From: Pseudomonadota bacterium
Lineage (GTDB): Bacteria > Myxococcota > JACRCW01 > JAFGSX01
NCBI GenBank assembly: GCA_043821645.1
Contig: JBDRCO010000118.1
Span: 1 to 64,000 of the forward strand
DNA length: 64,000 nt
Reading direction: 5' to 3'
Made by a program: the position numbers and the translations under genes. Under the pieces are notes generated by a model, which saw only the letters and a program-made list of their open reading frames with translations, searched no databases and had not been told where the DNA came from. Of the stretch, positions 1 to 9,668 are shown one piece after another. Each line of letters starts with the position of its first letter. Positions within the stretch are counted from its first letter, which is position 1.

Positions 1-3000
1 GGGGAGCGCCAGCATCCCGCTGCGCGCTTCTGCCATCGCTGCGGCAAGCCTGCGCCAGGAGAGACGAGCGAGCCGATCGAGATCGAACGCGTCATGGCCA
101 CGGCCCGCGACGAGGGCAGCTCTGTGCAGGTCGATCGCACCATGTCCGGCGCGGCCATCGTGATCGAGAACGGCATGCGCTTCGTCGAGTTCGAGGATGT
201 CAGCGGCGAGACCTCGCTGGAGCTCAGCGTCGACCGCGTGGGCCCCGGTGCCCATCACATCGAAGCCCAGTTCCACGGCCGCGCAACGGAGCTGGCCACG
301 GCGCGTGCTGCCCTCGAGCGGGCGCTGCAAGGAGCCACCCAGAGCGTTCAGCTGGTCGGTGACGTGGGCATGGGCAAGACCCGCACCCTGCGCGAGATCG
401 CGGCCATGGCCGAGAACCTGGGTTTCGTGGTGGCCCGGGCCACCGGAGGGCGTTTTGGCGTGCCGGTCAGCCTGGATCTGTTCAGGCAATGGGTGGTGAG
501 CCTGTGCGATCGCCTGGGTGAGCTTCGGGGCCGGGGCGAGCGCGCCAGTTCCTGCAAGGTCGGCGAGGCCCTGGCGTGGGTCCACGCGCTCAAGCTGCCG
601 CCGGTGCTGTGCCAGCGCCTCGAGCAACTGTTCGATGGCACCGCGACCCAGGTCACGACCAATGCCCTCGACGCACGGCAGCGCCAGCTCGGTGCCCTGT
701 TCTCGTTTTTGGAGCTGCTCACCCGCGGCGCACCGCTGTGTCTGCTGGCCGACGATCTGGCCCTGGCCGATCCGCTGAGCCTCGCGCTGGCCGAGGCACT
801 CGCGCAGCGCCTCCCCGACGCCAGGCTCATCCTGGTGTCGGCCGTGACCGGCGCCCAGACCGAACGCCTGAGCACCACCGGCAGCCGACTGCCCCTGCCG
901 CCGCTCGCTGTCGACGACATGGTGCCGCTGGCCGAGAGCTTCTTGCACCATGGCGCGCTGCCGGCCGCGCTGGTGCCTGTGCTGCGCGATGGCGCGCGCG
1001 GCACACCCTTGCTCATCGTGCACCAGATGCAGGTGCTGCTCGATGCCCAGGCGCTGACCTTCGAGGACCCGCACTGGATTCTCGGCGCGGTGGATCCGGG
1101 CTTCATCATCACCCAGGCCCGCGACGTCACACGCGAGCGCAGCGAGATCCTGTTGCCCGGTGTGATCCACGTGTTACGCGTCGCCGCCGTGACGGGCCAG
1201 GCCTTCAGCCGGGCCCTGCTCGAGGCCGCATGTGTAGGCCAGGGTGTGGACGTGTACCACGCCGTGGACGAGGCCATGGGACGCGGACTTCTGGTCTCCC
1301 TGGGCCAGTCGCGACAGTGGCAGTGCTTTTCCCACAACAGCAGCCGCGGCCACCTGCTCGAAGGCGTCTCCGAGGCTGCGCTGCGGCGCGTGCACCTGAC
1401 TCTGGCCACCGCCTACGACCGCTCCGACGAGCTCCCCAGGCCCCTGGCGCAGGAGCTGGTGGCGCGGCATCTGCTGCTGTCCGACGCCGGTGACAAGGCG
1501 CTGCCCCACCTCGCCGCGGCCGCGCAGAGTCTGTTCGAGCGCGGTCTGCCCGAGCAGGCCGCCGAGATGGTGATCCAGCTGCTGCGCGCGGCCATGCAGA
1601 CCCCGCGCGGCCCCCTGTCCGAGTCCCAGTCGGTCTTCCTGTTGCAGCAGTGCTCGGTGGCCACGCGCGCGCTGCGCCAGATCGATCCCCAGCGCGCCAG
1701 CGGCATCCTCGCCAGCCTGCTCGATCGCCTGCCGCGCGAACATGCTCCGGTGGAGCGCGCCCGCGCGTTGCGCTACCGCGCCCTGGCGCAGATGGCGCTC
1801 GACCGCGTCAAGGACGCCCAGACCACCCTTGACGTGGCCCTGCGTCTGCTCCCCGACGACAGCGACGCGGTGGTGCGCGCCATGGTGGGTTGCGAGATCG
1901 CGACGCTGCAGGCTCGCCGGGGGGCAGCCCAGGAGGCCGCTGCGGGTCTTGCGGCCGCGCTCGCGACCCTGGGCAATCATGCGCTGCCCAGCGTGGAGAG
2001 CAGCGCCGAGCGGCTGGGCTGCCTGACCCGGGCCTACCTGACCCTGAGCGAGGTGTACGCGACGCTGCAGCGCCACGACTACGCCCTGCAGGCCGCGTCA
2101 CGCGCTCGCGACCTCGCGCGCGGCACGCGGCAGGCGCACCTGGAGTTGCGCGCCCTTTTGCACCTGGCGCAGTGCGAGCAGCAGGCAGGCAACAGCAGCT
2201 CCGCGCACAGCCTGCTCGAGCAGGCCCAGGCTCTGGCGGAGCTCCAGGACGATCCGTCCCTCTCGGCCCGCGCCACGCTGGCCCAGGCACAGATTCTCCT
2301 CGAGCAGGCCGACGCGCGTCTGGGTAGCTTGGTGGGGCGAAGTCAGCTCACCCGCGCCTCGCTCCTGCGAACCTACGCGGCCCTGCAGGCGGCAGGTGTG
2401 GAGGCCCACAGCGCGCCGGCACGACAGGGCTCGATTCCGCCCAGCCCGGCCCAAGCGCTCGGCAACATGGCCTTCGACGCAGCCCGGCTGGCCGAGGCCG
2501 TGGACCTGGACGAGGCGGCCAAGAAGCGCGTGCTCTACTACTCGGAAAACCTGGAATACTGGAACCACTTCGAGCTGTTCGGCGTGGGCAATGCAGCCAC
2601 CACGGCCGAGATCCGCACCGCCTACTTCCTGGCCAGCAAGCTGTTTCACCCCGACAACTTCTTTCGCAAGAACCTGGGCAGCTACGGACCGCGGATCGAG
2701 AGTGTGTTCAAGGCGATGAAGCAGGCTTATGCGGTGCTCTCCGACGACAGCGAGCGCGAGAGCTACGAGGCGGGCCTGGTGTGGAACCTGCGCGAGGACC
2801 TGCACCGCGAACTCATGGACCTCGGCGCCTCCAGGGATCGCGCCTGGCAGCTTCTCGCGACCTGCGTGCGCCAGGCCAGGCTCGCGGATGAAACCGAGGT
2901 GTTGCAGATTGCCCGGGGCCTGCTCGCGAGCCGGACCGTCGAGGCGTCCACTCTTGCAACAGATGCCGCGCCAACGACCAAGGCCTCCGCCACGGCGTGA
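1..3000 (+). CDS. Zinc-ribbon + AAA (STAND-like) ATPase + TPR-like helices + DnaJ domain protein; 5' end lies outside the window
   Basis: Frame is open from base 1 (GERQHPAARFCHRCGKP, half of a double zinc ribbon). Walker A GDVGMGKT, Walker B-like LLADDLALAD, helical repeats, and a J-domain NHFELFGV...LFHPDNFF...AYAVLSDDSERESY. Confidence 0.85.
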   Translation, partial: GERQHPAARFCHRCGKPAPGETSEPIEIERVMATARDEGSSVQVDRTMSGAAIVIENGMRFVEFEDVSGETSLELSVDRVGPGAHHIEAQFHGRATELATARAALERALQGATQSVQLVGDVGMGKTRTLREIAAMAENLGFVVARATGGRFGVPVSLDLFRQWVVSLCDRLGELRGRGERASSCKVGEALAWVHALKLPPVLCQRLEQLFDGTATQVTTNALDARQRQLGALFSFLELLTRGAPLCLLADDLALADPLSLALAEALAQRLPDARLILVSAVTGAQTERLSTTGSRLPLPPLAVDDMVPLAESFLHHGALPAALVPVLRDGARGTPLLIVHQMQVLLDAQALTFEDPHWILGAVDPGFIITQARDVTRERSEILLPGVIHVLRVAAVTGQAFSRALLEAACVGQGVDVYHAVDEAMGRGLLVSLGQSRQWQCFSHNSSRGHLLEGVSEAALRRVHLTLATAYDRSDELPRPLAQELVARHLLLSDAGDKALPHLAAAAQSLFERGLPEQAAEMVIQLLRAAMQTPRGPLSESQSVFLLQQCSVATRALRQIDPQRASGILASLLDRLPREHAPVERARALRYRALAQMALDRVKDAQTTLDVALRLLPDDSDAVVRAMVGCEIATLQARRGAAQEAAAGLAAALATLGNHALPSVESSAERLGCLTRAYLTLSEVYATLQRHDYALQAASRARDLARGTRQAHLELRALLHLAQCEQQAGNSSSAHSLLEQAQALAELQDDPSLSARATLAQAQILLEQADARLGSLVGRSQLTRASLLRTYAALQAAGVEAHSAPARQGSIPPSPAQALGNMAFDAARLAEAVDLDEAAKKRVLYYSENLEYWNHFELFGVGNAATTAEIRTAYFLASKLFHPDNFFRKNLGSYGPRIESVFKAMKQAYAVLSDDSERESYEAGLVWNLREDLHRELMDLGASRDRAWQLLATCVRQARLADETEVLQIARGLLASRTVEASTLATDAAPTTKASATA

Positions 3001-3242
3001 TCCATCGCCGCGCGCGTCCGCTTTGCCGCACACAGGGGTCCTGCACCCTTGCCGAGGCCAGACTCTGCCTTAAGCCCGGATCGACACCCACCACGGCAGA
3101 AAGAACCCCAGCAATGTCGCGGCAGATGCAATTTTTTGCGGCGCGCGATAACCCACCTTGGAGCCTGCGGCAAAGAAGTGCGCAAGACCGGGGCTGCCAC
3201 GCCAGCGACTCCCGCAGCGGGCGGCCCCACCTGGAGATGAGC

Positions 3243-5195
3243 ATGCGCACGCAGATGAACTCTCGACTGGTGACCCTGCTGCTCCTGACGGCGATCGCGG
3301 CGGCCTGCGATCCTTTTGCCGCCAAGCACGCCTGCTTCGACGACGGCGACTGCCTGCAGGGTCGCGTGTGCGACGACGAGGGCTGGTGCGTGGAGCCCGG
3401 CACCTCGCTGCGCGACGTGGGACACCACGACGCCGGCAGTGTGGACAGCCCGGCAGCGGATCAGGACCCGGGCGCGGACCACGCGACCAGCGCGGATGCG
3501 AATGCGGGCGATGCCGGGACAGCCAGCGACGCAGCAGCAGACGACGCGGGCCAGGGTAGCGATGCCAGCGTCGCCGACGCGACCACGGGCCACGACGCGG
3601 GCAGCGGTACGGATGGCGCCACTGTCGGCGACAGCGCGGTGGCGGACAGTGCGTCTGGCTCCGACGCCACCTCGGACGACGCAGCCACCTCCAGCGACGC
3701 AGCCACCGCTGGCGACGCAGCCACTGCCGACGACGCCAGCGCCCCGGCCGATGCCGGCGTGGCGGACTCGGGACCGCCTCGCCCGCTGGACAACGGCAGC
3801 TCTGTCCACCTCGACGGCAGCAAGCTGCAGCGCCTGCACGTCCCCGGGCACAGCGACTTCTCGACCCCCACGGCCAAGACCGTGGAGATGTGGGTCAAGC
3901 CCGACAGCACGGCCAGCGGCATGTCCCTGATGACCCAGGGCGTGAGCAGCACAGGCCCGGCCTTCAGCGTGCGCACCACCGCTGGCGGCGCCCTGGCGTC
4001 GACGGTGTGGGTGTACGGCGCGACCTGCGCAGCGGGCAGCGTGCGCGTGGGCGAGTGGTCGCACGTGGCGGTGGTCTTTACCGAGAACGGCTACAGCCGG
4101 CTGTATGTCAACGGCCAGTACTGCGACTACGGCGGCACCGACGACTTCCCGCGCACCCTCAACGATCTGGTGATGGGCCTGCACATCTACGAGGGCAACG
4201 AGGTGTCCCCGTTTAGCGGCAACCTGGACGAGGTCCGGTTCTGGAACACCGCGCGCACCCAGGCCGAGCTGCAAGCCAACATGTGGAAACCCCTGCTCGG
4301 CGACGAGGCGGGCCTGGTCGGCTACTGGGATTTCGAGGGCAGCGGGATAGGACAGACCGTGGTCGACCGCACCGGCCATGGCCACGATGCGCGCATGGGC
4401 CGCGACCTGACGGTCGACGACAGCGACCCCGGCCTGAGCAGCGACACGCCCTTTGTCGGCAACGGCCTGGTGGTGCCCTGGCCCGCGGCCAACACCACGT
4501 TCACAGCGCGCAGCAACGCCGGCTCGCTGTTCTTTGCCAACACCGACGCCGAGCGCGTGCACATCCCCGGCAACGACGACTTCAAGAGCGTCACCGCGCT
4601 CACCGTGGAGATGTGGGTCAAGCCCACCACCGCCTCGGCCGGTGGCTCCCTGGCCGTGCTGGGCCACAGCCAGACCGGGCCCGCGTTCTCTGTTCACCGC
4701 ACCGGGGGCGGTGGCGCCGGCGCCACGGTGTGGGTGCAGGGTGTGGGCACCTCGGGTGTGGTGCTGCCTGGCGACGCCTGGAACCACCTGGCGGTGGTGT
4801 TCACCCAGAACAACCGCGCCAGCATCTACGTCAACGGCCAGTACCAGAGCTACGGGCTCATCGACACCTTCCCGCGCTCGCTCAACGACCTGGTGCTGGG
4901 TGTGAGCATGTCCGGCGGCACCAACGCCTCGCCCTTCACCGGCTACCTCGACGAGGTGCGGGTGTGGAACGTGGCGCGCAGTCAGGCCGAGATCCAGGGC
5001 AGCATGAGCAGCACGCTGCTGGGCAACGAGGCCGGGCTCATCGCCTACTACGACTTCGAGAGCTATGCTGACGTGGTCAGCGGCGACCAGGACCTGGTGC
5101 TGGACCGCTCGACCCGCGGCCACCATGGCCGGCGCGGCCGCGCCTTCGGCACGGACAGCGCGAATCCGACCCCGAGCAGCGAGGTTCCTTTCTGA
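3243..5195 (+). CDS. Lipoprotein with Cys-rich module, Asp/Ala linker and two LamG/concanavalin-like domains
   Basis: GGAG RBS at 3233-3236; lipobox-like LLLTAIAAAC. The motif set TVEMWVKP / W.H.AVV / LDEVR.WN.AR / Y.DFE occurs twice, 723 bp apart. Start moved downstream from ORF start 2997. Confidence 0.85.
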   Translation: MRTQMNSRLVTLLLLTAIAAACDPFAAKHACFDDGDCLQGRVCDDEGWCVEPGTSLRDVGHHDAGSVDSPAADQDPGADHATSADANAGDAGTASDAAADDAGQGSDASVADATTGHDAGSGTDGATVGDSAVADSASGSDATSDDAATSSDAATAGDAATADDASAPADAGVADSGPPRPLDNGSSVHLDGSKLQRLHVPGHSDFSTPTAKTVEMWVKPDSTASGMSLMTQGVSSTGPAFSVRTTAGGALASTVWVYGATCAAGSVRVGEWSHVAVVFTENGYSRLYVNGQYCDYGGTDDFPRTLNDLVMGLHIYEGNEVSPFSGNLDEVRFWNTARTQAELQANMWKPLLGDEAGLVGYWDFEGSGIGQTVVDRTGHGHDARMGRDLTVDDSDPGLSSDTPFVGNGLVVPWPAANTTFTARSNAGSLFFANTDAERVHIPGNDDFKSVTALTVEMWVKPTTASAGGSLAVLGHSQTGPAFSVHRTGGGGAGATVWVQGVGTSGVVLPGDAWNHLAVVFTQNNRASIYVNGQYQSYGLIDTFPRSLNDLVLGVSMSGGTNASPFTGYLDEVRVWNVARSQAEIQGSMSSTLLGNEAGLIAYYDFESYADVVSGDQDLVLDRSTRGHHGRRGRAFGTDSANPTPSSEVPF

Positions 5196-5818
5196 TGAGC
5201 AGCCGCTCGCCCCAGGATCTGGATCGCCTGCTGGCCGGTGGTAAGCCCGCCGGACCCGAGCTGGATTCGCTGTGGCAGCGGGTGCAAGGACGGCTGGCGG
5301 AGCAGGAGCCGGCGGCCGCGCACTCGGCTGGCTGGGTGCAGCGCTGGCGCTGGCTGCTCGCCCTGGGTACACCTGCCATGGCCGCGTCAGCACTGGCTTT
5401 TTTCCTGTGGACCGGATCGAATCCGACACCCAATCTACAGGCCAGGGGGCCCGGCGATGGCGCCCCGGCCATCGAGTCCAGCTGCGGATCCAGCGACCAC
5501 CTCTGCAGCGTGGGCGAGCCCGTGTTCCTGCGCCTGGTGGCGGGCGAGAGCGCCGGTACCGCGGTGCTGGTGCTCGAAGGCGGACGGTCGCCAAGCGTGC
5601 TGGGTGCTGTCGTGTTGCAGCCTGGTCAGGATCCTGTGCTCCCGATCCAGCTCTTGCCCGAGCCCGGCGACGCGGAGGGTGGCCTGGCCCTCCGGCTCTG
5701 GTTTGCCCCGGGCCTGGTCGCGCCGCTGACAGGGGGTGACGACGACACGCTGGCGCGGGTGCGCAGCGCGGATAAGGCCAGCAGCGTCACGCGCCTGCTG
5801 CAGGTGAGCGCACCATGA
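5195..5818 (+). CDS. Single-pass membrane protein, putative anti-sigma factor
   Basis: TGATG overlap with the upstream gene. Short cytoplasmic N-terminus, TM segment WRWLLALG...LAFFLW, then an extracytoplasmic domain. Close to an ECF sigma gene. Confidence 0.6.
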   Translation: MSSRSPQDLDRLLAGGKPAGPELDSLWQRVQGRLAEQEPAAAHSAGWVQRWRWLLALGTPAMAASALAFFLWTGSNPTPNLQARGPGDGAPAIESSCGSSDHLCSVGEPVFLRLVAGESAGTAVLVLEGGRSPSVLGAVVLQPGQDPVLPIQLLPEPGDAEGGLALRLWFAPGLVAPLTGGDDDTLARVRSADKASSVTRLLQVSAP

Positions 5819-7248
5819 TCCCGCTGCTCGCCCTGCACGCGGCCATCACCGTCAGCTCGCCCCTGGTGCTGGCCATAGGCGTCAACCAGGGTGGCGACGT
5901 CAGCACCCAGGCCCTGCGCTATGCCGACGACGACGCGGCCGAGGCGGTGCTGCTGTTCGATGCCGCTGGCGAGCGCAGCTGGCTGCTCAGCGCCCTCGAC
6001 GCCGAGAGCCAGGCACGCTACCCGCAGCTTGCAGCCCGCGCGCACCCGCCCACCCTTGAAGAACTTCGCCGCGCGGTGCGCGAGATCGCCCGTCGCGTCG
6101 AGCAGGAGCGTGCCAGCGGCGAACAGCCGCAGGTGCTGATCTGGATGAGCGGCCACGCCCTGCGCGACGACGAGGGGCAGACGGTGTTCCCGCTGCAGCA
6201 GGGCCGGCTCAGCGCCGAGGGCTTGATCCGCGAGCTCATCGCCCCCCTGCAGGCAGCGCACCGGGTCCACCTGCTGCTGGATTCCTGCTTTGCGGCCTCG
6301 CTGGTGCGCGCCCGCGCCGCGGTCGAGCGGATCAGCGCGGCCACTGCGGAGCAGGGCTTTTTCGCGCGTGGCATCGCGGCCTATCCAAACGTGGGCGCGC
6401 TGGTCGGGGCCGGCGCAGGCGAGCGCGGCTACGAGTGGCAGGAGGTGCGCTCGGGTGTGTTCTCGGCCATGGCGCGGGCTGGCTTGCGCGGTGCCGCCGA
6501 CGTCGACGGCGACCAGCGGGTCGACTACCAGGAACTGGCGGCCTTTCTCGCGGCGGCCGCAGAGCGAGTGAGCGTGCCCGAGGCGCGACCCTCGGTGCAG
6601 GTGTGGCCGCCGAGCATGGAGAGCACGGCCGCCCTGTCGCGCCGTGAGTGGCTGGGGTCTGTCGCGATCCTGGACGCGGACCTGTCGAGCCTGGGCACGG
6701 TGCACGTGCTCGACGAGCGCGGCAACTGGCTGCTGGCGGGCTCCTTCGAGGCTGGCTTCCGGCCGCTGCTGTGGCTGCCCGGCGACAGACAGTTGTACCT
6801 GCGCGCCCGCGGCAGCGAGCAGGCGCTGATCGAACGCGACGGCACATTGCAGCTCGGTCCTGCCGTCGACACCCAGGCCCAACCGCGCTCGCTCATTGGC
6901 CAGTCGCTGCGCCAGGGGCTGTTTCAGACGCCCTACGGGCCTGCGTTTTACAGCGGTTTCGTGGCAGGGGCCGCGCAACCGTCCTCATTGGCAGGCCCGG
7001 GCCACGACGCGACGCCCTGGGCCTCGCTGGGTGTCCTCGGCGGTGCGGGGTGCTTGCTCGTCGGCACGGTGGTGCTGGGCGCACTGGCGGCGGACGCGGG
7101 GATTCGTTACTCCAGCACAGACCTCGAGCGCCCGGCGCGCGAGGCCTACGACCAGACCCTGCTGTTTGGCGGGCTGGGCGCAGCCACCTTGCTGGGCACC
7201 GCGGGGCTGGCGACGGCGGCATACCTGTTGTGGCCTGACGACCCCTGA
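5815..7248 (+). CDS. Caspase-like (peptidase C14 family) protein with C-terminal TM helices
   Basis: LAIGVN...LRYADDDA, His motif SGHA, Cys motif LDSC, GAADVDGD. Hydrophobic N-terminus and two C-terminal hydrophobic helices. ATGA overlap with the upstream gene. Confidence 0.85.
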   Translation: MIPLLALHAAITVSSPLVLAIGVNQGGDVSTQALRYADDDAAEAVLLFDAAGERSWLLSALDAESQARYPQLAARAHPPTLEELRRAVREIARRVEQERASGEQPQVLIWMSGHALRDDEGQTVFPLQQGRLSAEGLIRELIAPLQAAHRVHLLLDSCFAASLVRARAAVERISAATAEQGFFARGIAAYPNVGALVGAGAGERGYEWQEVRSGVFSAMARAGLRGAADVDGDQRVDYQELAAFLAAAAERVSVPEARPSVQVWPPSMESTAALSRREWLGSVAILDADLSSLGTVHVLDERGNWLLAGSFEAGFRPLLWLPGDRQLYLRARGSEQALIERDGTLQLGPAVDTQAQPRSLIGQSLRQGLFQTPYGPAFYSGFVAGAAQPSSLAGPGHDATPWASLGVLGGAGCLLVGTVVLGALAADAGIRYSSTDLERPAREAYDQTLLFGGLGAATLLGTAGLATAAYLLWPDDP

Positions 7249-7255
7249 GACCCGA

Positions 7256-7870
7256 TCACCTGCCCTCGCGCTGGTCGAGAAAGCGCCGGAGCCCGTCGCG
7301 AATCTTGTGCTCCAGGGAGCGCACCTGCTGCCGGCCCAGACCCGCGGCCTCGGCGGCGTCGCGCTGTGACAGGCCCTGCTCGAAGCGCAGGCGCACCACC
7401 TGCTGCTCGCTTTGATCCAGGCTGGCCACATACTCGCGCACCAGGAACCGCTGTTCGGCATCCGCCAGCAGCTCGTCGGGCAAGGGTTCGCTGGGCTGCC
7501 ACTGCTCGAGCACGGCGTCGTCGACGCCGCTGTGAATGTGCTGCAGGCGCCGGCCCTGGCGCCGGGCGCGGTCCAGCATGATGTTGCGCGTCACCCCGCA
7601 CACCAGCGCCGCGTAGGGCCTGAGGCCGTCGTAGCGCTGGCGCAGCTCGGGAGCGAGCAGCTGCACGAAGACGTCCTGCACCAGGTCCTGCTGTGCGCCG
7701 GGATCGGACACTCCGGCCACACCCTGGGGGCCGGCCACCCCGCGCCGAACCAGCGCCCACACCAGAGGCGCGTAGCAGCGAAACACCCGCTCCAGCGCCG
7801 CGGCCTCGCCGCGCCTGAAGGCGTCGAGCCAGGCGCGATCCTGGCACAGGTCGGTGTGCTGGGTGGGCAT
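7256..7870 (-). CDS. ECF RNA polymerase sigma factor (sigma70 family)
   Basis: Region 2 DLVQDVFVQL...RNIMLDRARR and region 4 VVRLRFEQGLSQRDAAEAAGL. Confidence 0.9.
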   Translation of the reverse strand: MPTQHTDLCQDRAWLDAFRRGEAAALERVFRCYAPLVWALVRRGVAGPQGVAGVSDPGAQQDLVQDVFVQLLAPELRQRYDGLRPYAALVCGVTRNIMLDRARRQGRRLQHIHSGVDDAVLEQWQPSEPLPDELLADAEQRFLVREYVASLDQSEQQVVRLRFEQGLSQRDAAEAAGLGRQQVRSLEHKIRDGLRRFLDQREGR

Positions 7871-8013
7871 GCGGGGAGCATGTTACTTCGCCCGACGCGT
7901 CCCCGCCCACAACCTTGGCGCGACGCGCTGGAAGCGCTGTGCCTGCCCCCCCCCCACAGAGGCGGTCTGTGCCCGGGCATGCTATGTAGCGGCCACATCG
8001 CGAGGTTCCTGGC

Positions 8014-9393
8014 ATGAAACAGCGCATCCTGTGGTCCCTGGTGCTGACCCTGATCCTGTTAAGCGGCACTGCCTGCCCGACACCGCCCCCCGCGCCCCCG
8101 AGCGGACCCTTTCACGACCCGTGGACCGTGATGCCCTCGAGCGAGCTGGCGCCCCTGCGCGGCAGCAAGATCATGCGCGGCATCATCCACGCGCACTCGC
8201 CGTACTCGCACGACGCCTGTGACGGAAAACCCGAGATCAACGGCCTGCGCAATGAGCAATGCCTGGACGACCTGCGCTCGGGCTTGTGTGCCACCGCCCA
8301 GGACTTCGCGTTCTTGACCGACCACGCGGACCTGTTTGCCGATCACGAATACCCGGATGTCCTGCTGTGGCGCGAGGGCGACACCCTGATCGAGCGCGGC
8401 GGTCTGCCCGTCGCCAACCGCGCGCGCTGCGACGACGAGAGCAGCTTCATCGTGGCCGCGGGCACCGAGACCGGCATGATGCCCATAGGTCTCGAGCACC
8501 ACGTCGGCGCCTCGCCCGCCGCCCGCCACCAGGCCTACAGCGAGGTCAGTGCCCAGGCTGTGCAGAACCTGCGCGACGCCGGTGCGCTGGTGTTCCTGCA
8601 GCACACCGAGGGCTGGACCCTGCAGCAGATACAGGACCTCGGCGTCGACGGCCTCGAGATGTACAACCTGCACCAGAACATGATGGACCGCATGGGCGAC
8701 GTGGTGCAGATGGTGCTGACCTACGTGGTGGACCCCGAGGCGGTGCCCATCCCCGAGCTGGCCCTGCTCGCGGTGTTCGAGGAGAGCGCTGCCGACCTGC
8801 GACTGTGGGCCCAGACCAGCGCCACGCGCCAGGTCCCCACCATCCTGGCCACCGACGTGCATCGCAACGTGTTCAACGACGAGACCTACGACGGCGATCG
8901 CCTGGATTCCTATCGCCGCATGAGCCACTGGTTCTCGAACTATGTGCTGGTGCCGGACGACGTCGAGGTGGACGACCTCGTGCTCAAGCAGGCGATAGGC
9001 CAGGGGCGGCTGTACGGCGCCCTGGACATCCTGGGCTATCCCGTGGGCTTTGACTTTCATGCGACCGCGGGCTCCACCGTCGTCGAGATGGGGGGCGAGA
9101 TCGCCACCGCCAACAACGTCACCCTGCACCTGCGCGCTCCCTCGGTATACAGGCTGGATCCCACCGGTCCGCAGCCGCTGCGCCGGACCTTGCTGCTCAG
9201 GGCCGAGGGCGACGGCTGGGTCGAGGTGGCCAGTGGCGACGGAGATCTCGACGCTGTGGTGGGCCCTGGCGTGTACCGCGCCGAGGTGCGCCTGACCGCT
9301 CACCATCTGACCGAATGGCTGGGCGCCCTGGCCGAGGACTTCGTCGGCGAGCGCATCTGGGTCTACAGCAACACCCTTCGCGTGACTCCCTGA
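8014..9393 (+). CDS. PHP-family metallohydrolase-like lipoprotein
   Basis: Signal with SGTAC lipobox; metal-ligand motifs HAHSPYSHD, LTDH, GLEMYN, TDVH. Confidence 0.75.
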   Translation: MKQRILWSLVLTLILLSGTACPTPPPAPPSGPFHDPWTVMPSSELAPLRGSKIMRGIIHAHSPYSHDACDGKPEINGLRNEQCLDDLRSGLCATAQDFAFLTDHADLFADHEYPDVLLWREGDTLIERGGLPVANRARCDDESSFIVAAGTETGMMPIGLEHHVGASPAARHQAYSEVSAQAVQNLRDAGALVFLQHTEGWTLQQIQDLGVDGLEMYNLHQNMMDRMGDVVQMVLTYVVDPEAVPIPELALLAVFEESAADLRLWAQTSATRQVPTILATDVHRNVFNDETYDGDRLDSYRRMSHWFSNYVLVPDDVEVDDLVLKQAIGQGRLYGALDILGYPVGFDFHATAGSTVVEMGGEIATANNVTLHLRAPSVYRLDPTGPQPLRRTLLLRAEGDGWVEVASGDGDLDAVVGPGVYRAEVRLTAHHLTEWLGALAEDFVGERIWVYSNTLRVTP

Positions 9394-9668
9394 GCTTCTT
9401 GGCGAGGTGTTCATCCCTTGCCATCCCCGCTTGGTGGTCGCTGGTGCAGAGCGCCAGAGACTGTGCTCCTGAACTCGGACAGCTTTCAGGATCCGCGGGA
9501 CCCGCATCCAGCGTGACGGATTCATCCCCGAGAGGGGTTCGACGGCCGCGTGACGTCGAGCAGCAGCACAAGGAGATCCAGGCCGCGCTCAGGCTCGAGC
9601 ACGGAGAGGATTGACAGGGATCCGGGGGAAACAGGCCTAGCGAAGCGGTCGCGCGGACTCGAACCTCA

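Noticed and set aside
3660-3735. 18-bp tandem repeats (GACGCAGCCAC...)
   Set aside because: In-frame DAAT linker codons, not a CRISPR or regulatory array.
9394-9668. Possible ncRNA or gene fragment between convergent genes (shares GACGGATTCA with 47737)
   Set aside because: Only a 10-nt match with no conserved structure.
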